Shown in pieces: positions 20,107-28,709 of a stretch of DNA of 64,000 nucleotides. The DNA is taken from positions 166,717 to 230,716 of the IMG/VR virus record IMGVR_UViG_3300035698_018106. One strand, 5' to 3'. Under the pieces are notes generated by a model. It worked only from the letters and a program-made list of their open reading frames with translations, made no database searches and had not been told where the DNA came from. A program made the position numbers and the translations under genes. Position 1 is the stretch's first letter; every line of letters begins with the position of its first letter. Source of the DNA: a virus.

Positions 20107-20777
20107 GATTGACCCCCTCCCATTGCTGCAATACCTGATTGAGCTGGATTGTTTTGTATTCCACCCATTCCAGTTACTGGAGCCACTCCAGGTGCTTGAG
20201 ATTGACCAACATTTTCTTCTAATTCAGGAGTTTCAGCTGCCGGAGTTTCATTTTTAGGAGCTAAAGTGCTAAATGTTGCTCTTTCATCCCAATAATCTTT
20301 ACCATAATTAATTGTTAATTCTTCATGTGCCTGTATAGCTCTAGATGCTTTAAAATACATTTGCCTATTTGCTCTATTATATGCATATTCTATGTTAGGT
20401 TCTTCAGAGTGTTTATAAAGTGATCCATATCCTAAAACTAAACCATACATTCCTTCTTTTCCTTCTTTAGGTTTTTCTATTTCATAAATAAAATCTTTTA
20501 ATCTGTCTATACCTTTAGCAGCATATCCTACAAATATAATAGGAGATATCTCTACTATTTCGCCTCTAGCAAACTGAGTTTTAGATAAAATAGTGAATTC
20601 TCCATTTGGTCGTTTAGAATAAACAACTCTATTGATATTAAATATTTCTCGTCTAGGTTTTAAAAGACCACCCTTATCAGAAATAGGTGTTATCTTTTTC
20701 TTCTTTTTCTGAGCTTCGATTTCTTCATCATAAGGATTAACAAAATCTTCAGCTAATTTTTTTATTTTATATGGCAT
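20103..20777 (-). CDS. SET-domain protein (putative lysine methyltransferase) with a Gly/Ala/Pro-rich C-terminal tail
   Basis: GYGSLYKHSEEPNIEY (NHS..PN-like) and EELTINYGKDYW (ELxxxYG) SET signature motifs. Confidence 0.55.
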   Translation of the reverse strand: MPYKIKKLAEDFVNPYDEEIEAQKKKKKITPISDKGGLLKPRREIFNINRVVYSKRPNGEFTILSKTQFARGEIVEISPIIFVGYAAKGIDRLKDFIYEIEKPKEGKEGMYGLVLGYGSLYKHSEEPNIEYAYNRANRQMYFKASRAIQAHEELTINYGKDYWDERATFSTLAPKNETPAAETPELEENVGQSQAPGVAPVTGMGGIQNNPAQSGIAAMGGGQS

Positions 20778-20789
20778 ATTTAATTTTTT

Positions 20790-21602
20790 TTAATATTCTT
20801 CTTCCCAATCACAATCTCCACAATTGCTACATTTCATTCTAGGATTATCTTCTATTTCTTCATGCTCGGCACGTTCTCCACATGTTCCACAATAAAATGC
20901 TAAAGATTCATTTAATACTTTATAATTAACTAAAGAAATAAAACTTTCTTTAATATTTTCATCATTAGATATTTTCTCTGCGGCTTTTTTTCTTTTATCT
21001 ATCATATTATTATAATCTTTTTGTTTATCTTTTGGCCACATTTGAGGTGGAATTGCATTTCGTTGTTTTGAACTAGGTTTTGGTTTTGGTTTAGCAAGTC
21101 TGGAACTAACAGTATTAAACAATTTTTTAAAGGAATTTGGTGACATAGTGCCTTTAATTAAATTATTTATGATAGTTTTATAATCTTGATAAACGTTATC
21201 ACTAGTGATATATCTACCAAATTTTGTTGTAGCTTCTTCTTCACTATCTGCTATATTTTCCCACTCAACATTTTTAATATAAGTGTTTAAAACAGGATGT
21301 AGTTTATCAAACAATTTCATACTCATAAGAGCTCTTTCGATATAATAAGAAGATTCTTTGAATGTATCTAAATTACTTTTAATAGTATCGACAACTTTTT
21401 CATCATATTCCCCTTCTATATCTTCTATATTAATTCTACTAACTCTTCTGTTAAGTTTTTTAATATCTTCTAATGTCTGATCAATTAAAAAATTATCATC
21501 TTCGGAATTTTTATTATTTTCTATTTCATAAAAATCATCAGAAATATCCTGATAAAGAGATTTAGCAATTTTATAATTATGTTCTGTAGTACTTAACGAC
21601 AT
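20790..21602 (-). CDS. hypothetical protein with C-terminal CxxC...CxxC zinc ribbon
   Basis: FYCGTCG...KCSNCGDC. Confidence 0.35.
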   Translation of the reverse strand: MSLSTTEHNYKIAKSLYQDISDDFYEIENNKNSEDDNFLIDQTLEDIKKLNRRVSRINIEDIEGEYDEKVVDTIKSNLDTFKESSYYIERALMSMKLFDKLHPVLNTYIKNVEWENIADSEEEATTKFGRYITSDNVYQDYKTIINNLIKGTMSPNSFKKLFNTVSSRLAKPKPKPSSKQRNAIPPQMWPKDKQKDYNNMIDKRKKAAEKISNDENIKESFISLVNYKVLNESLAFYCGTCGERAEHEEIEDNPRMKCSNCGDCDWEEEY

Positions 21603-21607
21603 ATTAA

Positions 21608-22693
21608 TTATTTATTTTTAATGATTTCTGTTTCATCTGATAATCCACCTTTTTTATTATCTCCATTACCAACAATTCGTTCGGTACCTTTTTGCTTTTC
21701 TTCTTTAGATTTTTTTCTTACATCTAAACTAGCTATATCTCCGTAAAATGGTTCATCAGATTCTTTTACTAATAAATAAGGTCTAATAAATTCTTCCGGA
21801 GTACCATTAACTGACACATTATAAGGTCTTGCATTAAATTGATATTCTCCTGTTTCTTTTACTTTTCTAGCACCTTTATCTAAATCTAATTTATTTGGGT
21901 CTGGACCAACCAAAACACCCTTTTCTTTTACAGAAGGTCTTCCACCAGAAATTCTTAAATGAACTTTTATTTTAAATTCATTGTTTTCTAATGGTATAAT
22001 ATCTTGGATTACAAAATCAACTTCTAAATTAGCGGTTTTTCCTTTTCCTTCTACAAATGCGGTCATTTCAGAGATAATTTCTTCAAGAGTTTTCCATCCT
22101 TCTGATTTAATTATAGCAGTTTTAGCTTCTTCAATTTTATTCTTTTGGATTGAAACTAATTCTTGCCATTTTGCTTTTAATTCTCCTTTTCCTTTTTCAG
22201 AAAGTTCTACATTTAAAACAAATCCAGGATTATCAATTCTATTATGTATAGAAGTTGTATATGCAGATAAAACTTCTTCAATACTTTTATCTAACATTCT
22301 CACTTGTTCCTTCTTATACTCTTCAAATTCTTTAAGTTGATTTTTTACTAATTTAACAGCTTGGGCAGTATTTCCTTCATCCATAAGCGGTTTAATCTTA
22401 TCATCTTTAAGAGTTTGATATTCGCTTTCAATAACATTAACTTTAGATTTTAAGCTTTTAGCAAATTTATTGATTACATTCTTTGATTTCTTTCCAAAAC
22501 CAGATAAAGAACTCTTCATTGTTTTCTTTGCTTTTCTAAATCTTGCAACTCTAGGCACAAATGATAAACCTCTATCTATTATTTTACCAAAAATTCCATC
22601 TTCTTCTAATAAAAGATTTTCTTCTACTACAGTACGATGATCTTCGTTTAATTTTCTATAACTATTTAAAGATTCAAATGATCCGTTATTCAT
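21608..22693 (-). CDS. hypothetical protein
   Basis: ORF only. Confidence 0.35.
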   Translation of the reverse strand: MNNGSFESLNSYRKLNEDHRTVVEENLLLEEDGIFGKIIDRGLSFVPRVARFRKAKKTMKSSLSGFGKKSKNVINKFAKSLKSKVNVIESEYQTLKDDKIKPLMDEGNTAQAVKLVKNQLKEFEEYKKEQVRMLDKSIEEVLSAYTTSIHNRIDNPGFVLNVELSEKGKGELKAKWQELVSIQKNKIEEAKTAIIKSEGWKTLEEIISEMTAFVEGKGKTANLEVDFVIQDIIPLENNEFKIKVHLRISGGRPSVKEKGVLVGPDPNKLDLDKGARKVKETGEYQFNARPYNVSVNGTPEEFIRPYLLVKESDEPFYGDIASLDVRKKSKEEKQKGTERIVGNGDNKKGGLSDETEIIKNK

Positions 22694-22707
22694 ATTATAT
22701 TTTAATT

Positions 22708-23721
22708 TTATACAGCAGGTTTAGTTTCAGTTTCTGGTTTAGCTTCTGGTTTAGCTTCTGGTTTAGCTTCTGACTTAATTTCATCTCCAATATTATCAAC
22801 TTTATCTTTTGGTAAATTATAAGTTGTCCCTCCATTTATTTTTACTGTATAACTCCCATTTTCTAAAATTTCAAGAATTGTAATATTAATTTCTTTATTT
22901 GTTTTTGGATATGTAAATTTATATGTTTTACCAACTTCATGTTTTTTAGGTTCGGAATCTCCACCAGTATTATTAGTTAAATCATTTTGGGCAGATTTAA
23001 CAATAGCTTTAGCTTTTTCAGTTTCTTGTTTAATTTTTTCTAATTCAACAACATAATTTTTCCCCCCTGTTAATGATTTAACAACTTTTTCTAATTCGGG
23101 ATTATTATTAACAGTTTTTTTAATGAATTCATTTTGTTTTTTAACAATAATAGAAAATATTTTTTGTTTAACTTGTTGAGATAACATAATCCAATAATTA
23201 TTAAGAGCTAATTTTTCTTTGCTACCTAAATTACTTTCATCAACAATTGTATTAATTCTTGATTCGAAATTTTTTCCTACTTTTGCAACAGCTAATTGTA
23301 ATTCTTCAAATTGTTGAGCTTGAATTTTTCTCGCTTGTGATGAGCTATCTTTAAGAATTCCAACTATTTCTTTAGGAGACTTTCCTTCTTCTGCTGCACC
23401 TACTGCCGCGGCAGCCGTATGTTCTTGAGACTTTATTATCTTATCAATAAACTTAGATAAAATTTGTGCATTAGCAATCTTCAAATATTTCTTTGCATTA
23501 TTAATTAATTTTTTACGCTTTATTATATATTTAGGATTTAATGTAGATAATCCTCCTACTTTTCCACCAGAAGTATCTAGTTTAGGATTTTCGTCTTTAG
23601 ATTTTGGATCTCCTTCGGCTTCAAATAAAGTTACTTCTGAAAATTCGGATATAAATTCATTTATTGAGCTACCATCTTTTTTAAGTTGCTCAGATAATGC
23701 AACATATTCATTAAATTTCAT
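22708..23721 (-). CDS. hypothetical protein with C-terminal (KPEA)n repeat
   Basis: ORF; 12-bp x3 tandem repeat at 22734..22769. Confidence 0.4.
   Translation of the reverse strand: MKFNEYVALSEQLKKDGSSINEFISEFSEVTLFEAEGDPKSKDENPKLDTSGGKVGGLSTLNPKYIIKRKKLINNAKKYLKIANAQILSKFIDKIIKSQEHTAAAAVGAAEEGKSPKEIVGILKDSSSQARKIQAQQFEELQLAVAKVGKNFESRINTIVDESNLGSKEKLALNNYWIMLSQQVKQKIFSIIVKKQNEFIKKTVNNNPELEKVVKSLTGGKNYVVELEKIKQETEKAKAIVKSAQNDLTNNTGGDSEPKKHEVGKTYKFTYPKTNKEINITILEILENGSYTVKINGGTTYNLPKDKVDNIGDEIKSEAKPEAKPEAKPETETKPAV
22734..22769. repeat. 12-bp x3 tandem repeat (ctggtttagctt)
   Basis: Seen in sequence; in frame, encoding KPEAKPEAKPEA. Confidence 0.8.
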
Positions 23722-23831
23722 ATTATTGAAGTTTATTTTTGTGTAAGTTTATTTTATATATTTAAGTAAAAAAGTGATGAATATATAAAATAAATCATGA
23801 CAAAGATAAATACAAAAAAATATTATATATT

Positions 23832-24623
23832 ATGAAATATGTTAAGGAAAGTTTAAATGAATTTAAAGATGAAAAATTCTTCGCTACTCTTAATGAGGAA
23901 GATGAACATATATCTCCTGCTGATAGAAAAAAGCTTAAACTAGAATTAGAGAAACAAGGAATGCAAGTTGTTAAAAAATGTATTAATAACTTTTCTAACT
24001 TTAAAAAGAATGCCGGCGATATATGGCAAGAATATAGAGATTTTTGGTCTTCTCAAAAAGAAGCTGATGAATCTGTACAACAAGAAGGTATGTTTTATAA
24101 TCTTTGGGAATCTGATTATATAGTAGGCGTTGTTAAAGAACCTAATGGTACTGCAAAACTTAAAGTATTTAATACTTCTGCTAAGGAAGATGAATATATT
24201 GCATTTGAAACAAAAAATCCTACAGTTATTAAGGAGTTTACTAATTTTGTTAAAGGAGAATTAGAAACTACTATGAAAAATATCATCCAATCTCAAAAAG
24301 ATTCCATGAAGGCTAAAAAAGATGGTGATGCGAAAAGAGAAAAAGAAGAATCTGCTTCAAAGAAAAAGGAACAATTAAGCGCTTTCTTATCTGAATCTAG
24401 ATCTAATGAATCAGATAAATTAAGCTTAGCTATAAATGATATTATAACTTATCATACATTACCTCCTCAAATTGATTATACACTACCATTCAAAATGAAG
24501 GCAGATAGAGCTAATGAATATATTGAAACATTACCAGATTCAGAAGAGATTTTAGCTGATATTGATGCAAAGATAGATGAATACTTAAATTCAGATGCAC
24601 CAGAAATGAATGCAATGTTTTAA
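23832..24623 (+). CDS. hypothetical protein (MKYVKESLNEF N-terminus family)
   Basis: ORF only. Confidence 0.4.
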   Translation: MKYVKESLNEFKDEKFFATLNEEDEHISPADRKKLKLELEKQGMQVVKKCINNFSNFKKNAGDIWQEYRDFWSSQKEADESVQQEGMFYNLWESDYIVGVVKEPNGTAKLKVFNTSAKEDEYIAFETKNPTVIKEFTNFVKGELETTMKNIIQSQKDSMKAKKDGDAKREKEESASKKKEQLSAFLSESRSNESDKLSLAINDIITYHTLPPQIDYTLPFKMKADRANEYIETLPDSEEILADIDAKIDEYLNSDAPEMNAMF

Positions 24624-25540
24624 TATTGTGATAAAAACTCATTATAATTTTTGTCAATAATGATAATATAATTAAAGCCATTAGAAATAGTGGCTTTTTC
24701 TTTTTCTTTTATTTTCTTGATATCTTTCTTAAATAGATAAGAATTTTTTATTTCTATTACTAAATTTAATGATGGAATATAAAAATCTGAATGGTAAACC
24801 TTGTTATTTCCCTCAAATAAATAAGGAATGGACGGACCATTTTCTATGTCTATTTTATCATAAAACTTTTCTAAAAAATCTAATTCATAGGATGCCTGAT
24901 AAGATATATCTAGATTTTTATAATTAATTACATTAAATAAGGTTTTTTGAGATTTTTTAAAGATCTCTTTGTTTTGTTGAGGATACTCTACACCATATCT
25001 TTCCATATTAGTTTGTCTAAATTTTTCTTCATTATATACACCATTTTTATATTTTTGCTTTCGAGTATACTGTTGCTTTGCTAAAATAGACTGGTTTTGC
25101 GCGGCGTATTCAACACCATATTTATCTTTCATAGTTGACTTCATTTTATCCATAAGTATCTTAGATTGTGAGGAATATTCGCCACCATATTTTGCCTTCA
25201 TTGTTACCCGACTTTTTTCATGGATATCTTTCCGGTGTAAAATACAACATTGGCCGTATTTTTCGATATTAGATTTTTTTGTCATTTCCCATGAATATAT
25301 ATCTCCGCATTCTTTAGAACATGTGTTTTTGAAACCCTTAGATAAACTTATAAACACCGTTGTATTTGTACATATTTTACACGCATTGTCATCTTTTTCG
25401 AATATCCATCTATTATAATAATTTTCAATGTTGTCGTGCTTAGCATTTATATGTCTGGATAAATCGCATAGTCTACCATAAGATTGTCCACAATCTTCGC
25501 ATATGAATTTACCATCTGAATTTTTAACGATTTTTTTCAT
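24620..25540 (-). CDS. putative nuclease: N-terminal C2H2-like zinc finger, three KYGxEYxxQ repeats, C-terminal PD-(D/E)xK-like motif
   Basis: CEDCG...HINAKH zinc finger; repeats KAKYGGEYSSQ, KDKYGVEYAAQ and MERYGVEYPQQ; C-terminal HSDFYIP...LVIEIKNS (D...EIK). Confidence 0.35.
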   Translation of the reverse strand: MKKIVKNSDGKFICEDCGQSYGRLCDLSRHINAKHDNIENYYNRWIFEKDDNACKICTNTTVFISLSKGFKNTCSKECGDIYSWEMTKKSNIEKYGQCCILHRKDIHEKSRVTMKAKYGGEYSSQSKILMDKMKSTMKDKYGVEYAAQNQSILAKQQYTRKQKYKNGVYNEEKFRQTNMERYGVEYPQQNKEIFKKSQKTLFNVINYKNLDISYQASYELDFLEKFYDKIDIENGPSIPYLFEGNNKVYHSDFYIPSLNLVIEIKNSYLFKKDIKKIKEKEKATISNGFNYIIIIDKNYNEFLSQY

Positions 25541-25605
25541 AGATCTCCCTTTTATTTTTATTATATAAATAGAATATAACAGGACAGCCTGACTTCCCTT
25601 TGGTT

Positions 25606-25627
25606 GATTAATGCGGACACATTAATC
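25606..25627. promoter_or_regulatory. inverted repeat gattaatg-cggaca-cattaatc in the divergent intergenic region
   Basis: 8-bp perfect palindromic arms between divergently transcribed genes. Confidence 0.3.
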
Positions 25628-25701
25628 TAACTGTTATAAATTATAAATTATATATTCTATAAAACTTTTATTATTTAACACATATAATACTTAAACATGT
25701 T

Positions 25702-26760
25702 ATGGAATTAATATACGATCGAAAAAAATATCATAAAACTATATCAGTAGATTTTGACGATACTTTATGCATTACTACTACTAGGGATTGGAAAAGTGCC
25801 GAACCACAATTCCCAATTATTAACAAAGTAAATTTATTATATGAACAAGGATGGCAGATTTTAATTATCACAGCTAGAGGTCAATTATCATGTGAAGGGG
25901 ACACTAAAAAGGCTGATAAAAAATATAGAAAAAATATAGAATCTTGGTTATCTAAACATTCTGTAAAATACCATCATTTGAGTTTTGAAAAGTATTTAGC
26001 ATCATATTATCTGGATGATAAAGCGCTGAATTTAGAAGATTTTGTTGATCTAGAAATAAGAGAAATAAAAACTGGGTGGTCAGGAGCTAAGGTAGAAAAA
26101 AGAGGTGATAGAATATTCAAAACACATCATGATTCAATTGAAGCTGCTAATTGGTATAATATGGCAGCACCTCTAATTAATGTGCCGATTGTTCACTCTA
26201 TGATAGGAGAGACACTATCTCTTGAATATCTTGAGGATAATGGAAAATATTTCAAAATAGATGATATCAATGATGCAATAACTAAATTTTCTCTTTATAA
26301 AACAAATATAGAATTTTCTACTTATGTTGAAAAAATGAGAAAACATTATAAATCAAATGAAGATTTTTATGAAGTAGATGATTTATTAAATGCCGAGGAT
26401 ATTTATATTCATTGTAATAACAAGTCTACATTTATGCATGGTGATCTTTCGTTAGAAAATGTAATTCAAACCAATGATGGACTATATTTTATAGACCCAA
26501 TATATAAAGAAAATGAATGGTCTTCTTATTTATTAGACATATCTAAAATGCTCCATTCATATAGAAAATATAATCGTATGTTTGAATATGAAGTATTTTT
26601 ACAGGGTTGGGTCAAAAAAGGATTAGATGAATTTATTCTCCGTTTATTAGAACTTACTCAATGGATACGTGTATTAAAATATATCAAAGATCCAATAGTT
26701 AAAAAAGATATGACAGAAAAAACAAAATCATTATTAAAGGAAGTCTTAGAAAACAAATAA
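25702..26760 (+). CDS. bifunctional HAD-superfamily phosphatase / APH(ChoK)-type kinase (putative sugar-phosphate kinase/phosphatase)
   Basis: N-terminus VDFDDTL (DxDxT HAD motif I); C-terminus HGDLSLENVI (HGDLxxxN kinase catalytic loop) followed by IDP. Confidence 0.5.
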   Translation: MELIYDRKKYHKTISVDFDDTLCITTTRDWKSAEPQFPIINKVNLLYEQGWQILIITARGQLSCEGDTKKADKKYRKNIESWLSKHSVKYHHLSFEKYLASYYLDDKALNLEDFVDLEIREIKTGWSGAKVEKRGDRIFKTHHDSIEAANWYNMAAPLINVPIVHSMIGETLSLEYLEDNGKYFKIDDINDAITKFSLYKTNIEFSTYVEKMRKHYKSNEDFYEVDDLLNAEDIYIHCNNKSTFMHGDLSLENVIQTNDGLYFIDPIYKENEWSSYLLDISKMLHSYRKYNRMFEYEVFLQGWVKKGLDEFILRLLELTQWIRVLKYIKDPIVKKDMTEKTKSLLKEVLENK

Positions 26761-26762
26761 TT

Positions 26763-27080
26763 ATGGATTTACATTTTGTAGAAGAATACCAAAATATTAA
26801 AATATATCGTGATCCTTATCAAGAAAAAAACAAATTGTTGTTTGGACGTAAAGGTAAGGATAATCCAGACCCAGGATTAATTTATATCCCTAATAAAACA
26901 ATGGAAGATTCTTTTAAAACAATGAGAGGTGCATCTATTGAGAAAGATGAAGGTGAGAAAGAACTAAAAGAATTAGCAAAAAATCAAGATTTCAGAGAAT
27001 ATACCTTTTGTATATGTGATAAAGATGCTAAGATAGAATTAATTAAACAATGGATTAACAAAACAATAACAAAACAATAA
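26763..27080 (+). CDS. hypothetical protein
   Basis: ORF only. Confidence 0.35.
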   Translation: MDLHFVEEYQNIKIYRDPYQEKNKLLFGRKGKDNPDPGLIYIPNKTMEDSFKTMRGASIEKDEGEKELKELAKNQDFREYTFCICDKDAKIELIKQWINKTITKQ

Positions 27081-27084
27081 AACA

Positions 27085-27747
27085 ATGCTAGAAATAAAAC
27101 AATTAGAAGACGTCTTAAATTCTAAAAATTTTCCAGGGAGAGATATTAATATAAAAGTTAAAGAATTAATCGAGAATAGACAAACATTTACTTCGATAAT
27201 TAGTCCTGATGCTATTAATTCTCTTAAAGCTTATGGGATTAATGCAAAAGAATTAATCGATAACCATATGATAGATACATTAATTGATAATATCTATCGA
27301 TATATTTCGCAAAGATCTTTTGAAAATCCGGCAGTAACTAAGAAAATTAAAGATACCAAAGATGTTAAAAATCTAATAGACACATTAAATAACAAAAAAG
27401 GTTTTGCTATTACTAATGTACAAACGGCCACAATGTTACAAGACCATCCATCTTTTGTACATACTTATTTAAATTCTGAATATGGAAATTCTTTTTATAA
27501 ATTAGGTAAATTTAATAAAGTATCTATATATGTAGATGCAAATATGATATGGGATGATAATAAGATATGCTATATATCTGATGATTTTTATAATTTCAAT
27601 GTTTTATCTATTGATATAATAGCCGAAAGTACATACACACCTAAATATAAAATTACTTTATTTTATACTGAAAATCCAAAAAATAATGAAGTATATAATT
27701 TAACGTTAAAAACACCTTTTATACCTTTTATATATGAACATATTTAA
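27085..27747 (+). CDS. truncated paralog of the major capsid protein C-terminal region
   Basis: KGFAITNVQTATMLQDHPSFVH...NSFYKLGKFNKVSIYVDANMIWDDNKICYISDD matches the C-terminus of this window's own capsid protein (ANFIVTNLKLATALQTNSQYTF...GSLYPLGTIAGMTVYVDPNMVYEDTRVLVGRKG) and of T4 gp23. Confidence 0.5.
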   Translation: MLEIKQLEDVLNSKNFPGRDINIKVKELIENRQTFTSIISPDAINSLKAYGINAKELIDNHMIDTLIDNIYRYISQRSFENPAVTKKIKDTKDVKNLIDTLNNKKGFAITNVQTATMLQDHPSFVHTYLNSEYGNSFYKLGKFNKVSIYVDANMIWDDNKICYISDDFYNFNVLSIDIIAESTYTPKYKITLFYTENPKNNEVYNLTLKTPFIPFIYEHI

Positions 27748-28201
27748 AGCAATATCAGACTTAAAAAAAGATGGTAAAATCATTGGGTTTACTGCATCAA
27801 CATTTGACCTATTACATGCCGGCCATGTAATAATGTTAGATGAAGCCAAAACCCAATGTGATTTTCTAATAGTAGGTTTATTAACAGATCCTACTAAAGA
27901 TAGAGATACCAAAAATGCTCCAATCCAAACAACATGGGAAAGATGGATACAAACTCAAGCTCTTGGATCTATTGATACTATCATTCCTTTTGATACTGAA
28001 GAGGATTTAGAAAATATGATTAAAGTTCTCAAACCTGATGTCAGATTTGTTGGGGATGAATATAAAAATACTAAACATACTGGTCATGATATTAAAGGCG
28101 TTAATATCATATATAACAAAAGAGAACATAATTACGGATCCACTCAATTAAGAAATAAAATATATAATCAAGAATTACCTAATCATTTAATTAAGAAATA
28201 A
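27734..28201 (+). CDS. cytidylyltransferase-family nucleotidyltransferase (TagD/RfaE-domain-II-like)
   Basis: GFTASTFDLLHAGHVIMLDEAK...FLIVGLLTD (HxGH motif). Confidence 0.6.
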   Translation: MNIFKAISDLKKDGKIIGFTASTFDLLHAGHVIMLDEAKTQCDFLIVGLLTDPTKDRDTKNAPIQTTWERWIQTQALGSIDTIIPFDTEEDLENMIKVLKPDVRFVGDEYKNTKHTGHDIKGVNIIYNKREHNYGSTQLRNKIYNQELPNHLIKK

Positions 28202-28202
28202 A

Positions 28203-28709
28203 ATGAAATTAACAGGTCACTTTTTACCATTTAATGTAAAAAATAAAAATGGAAGAATTTATCCAAAAGAATTATCAGAGAAAATGTTAGTACAATTCAA
28301 AGAACGGCAAGAATTAGGATTAATTTTTGGACAATTGGGACAAGATTCTTTTCCAGAGTGTGAATATTATACATCTAATTTAAATCATCCATCTCATATA
28401 GTTGAAGAAATTCACTATAATGAAGAAAATAATTCAATTGATGGTACGATTGAAATACTAGATAATTATCAAGGAAAAGTATTAAAGGAAATATTTGAAT
28501 CATCAGGTCCAATATATGTTGCATCTAGATCAATTGGATCAGTAGATACTAGTGGTAATGTACAATTAGAACAATTATTATCATTTGATATAGTTCAAGA
28601 ACCAGCTTTTAGTGGTGTTGAATTATTGGAAAAAGAACCGGCGATATATAATAAAAGTGATGAACAAATTGTTGTTGATACACTAAATAAAAAATGGAAA
28701 AGTAAATGA
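28203..28709 (+). CDS. stand-alone paralog of the gp21-type prohead protease domain
   Basis: KNGRIYPKE...LNHPSH...GTIEILDNYQGKVLKE...VASRSIGSV parallels the N-terminus of the 796-aa ORF (NRNGRVYEE...GELDHP...GRIEILDGTPKGKIAK...SISSRAAGSV). Confidence 0.5.
   Translation: MKLTGHFLPFNVKNKNGRIYPKELSEKMLVQFKERQELGLIFGQLGQDSFPECEYYTSNLNHPSHIVEEIHYNEENNSIDGTIEILDNYQGKVLKEIFESSGPIYVASRSIGSVDTSGNVQLEQLLSFDIVQEPAFSGVELLEKEPAIYNKSDEQIVVDTLNKKWKSK

Noticed and set aside
22561-22773. Plus-strand 70-aa ORF ending FSFWFSFWFSFWFSF
   Set aside because: Antisense translation of the 12-bp KPEA tandem repeat of the real minus-strand gene; no independent support.
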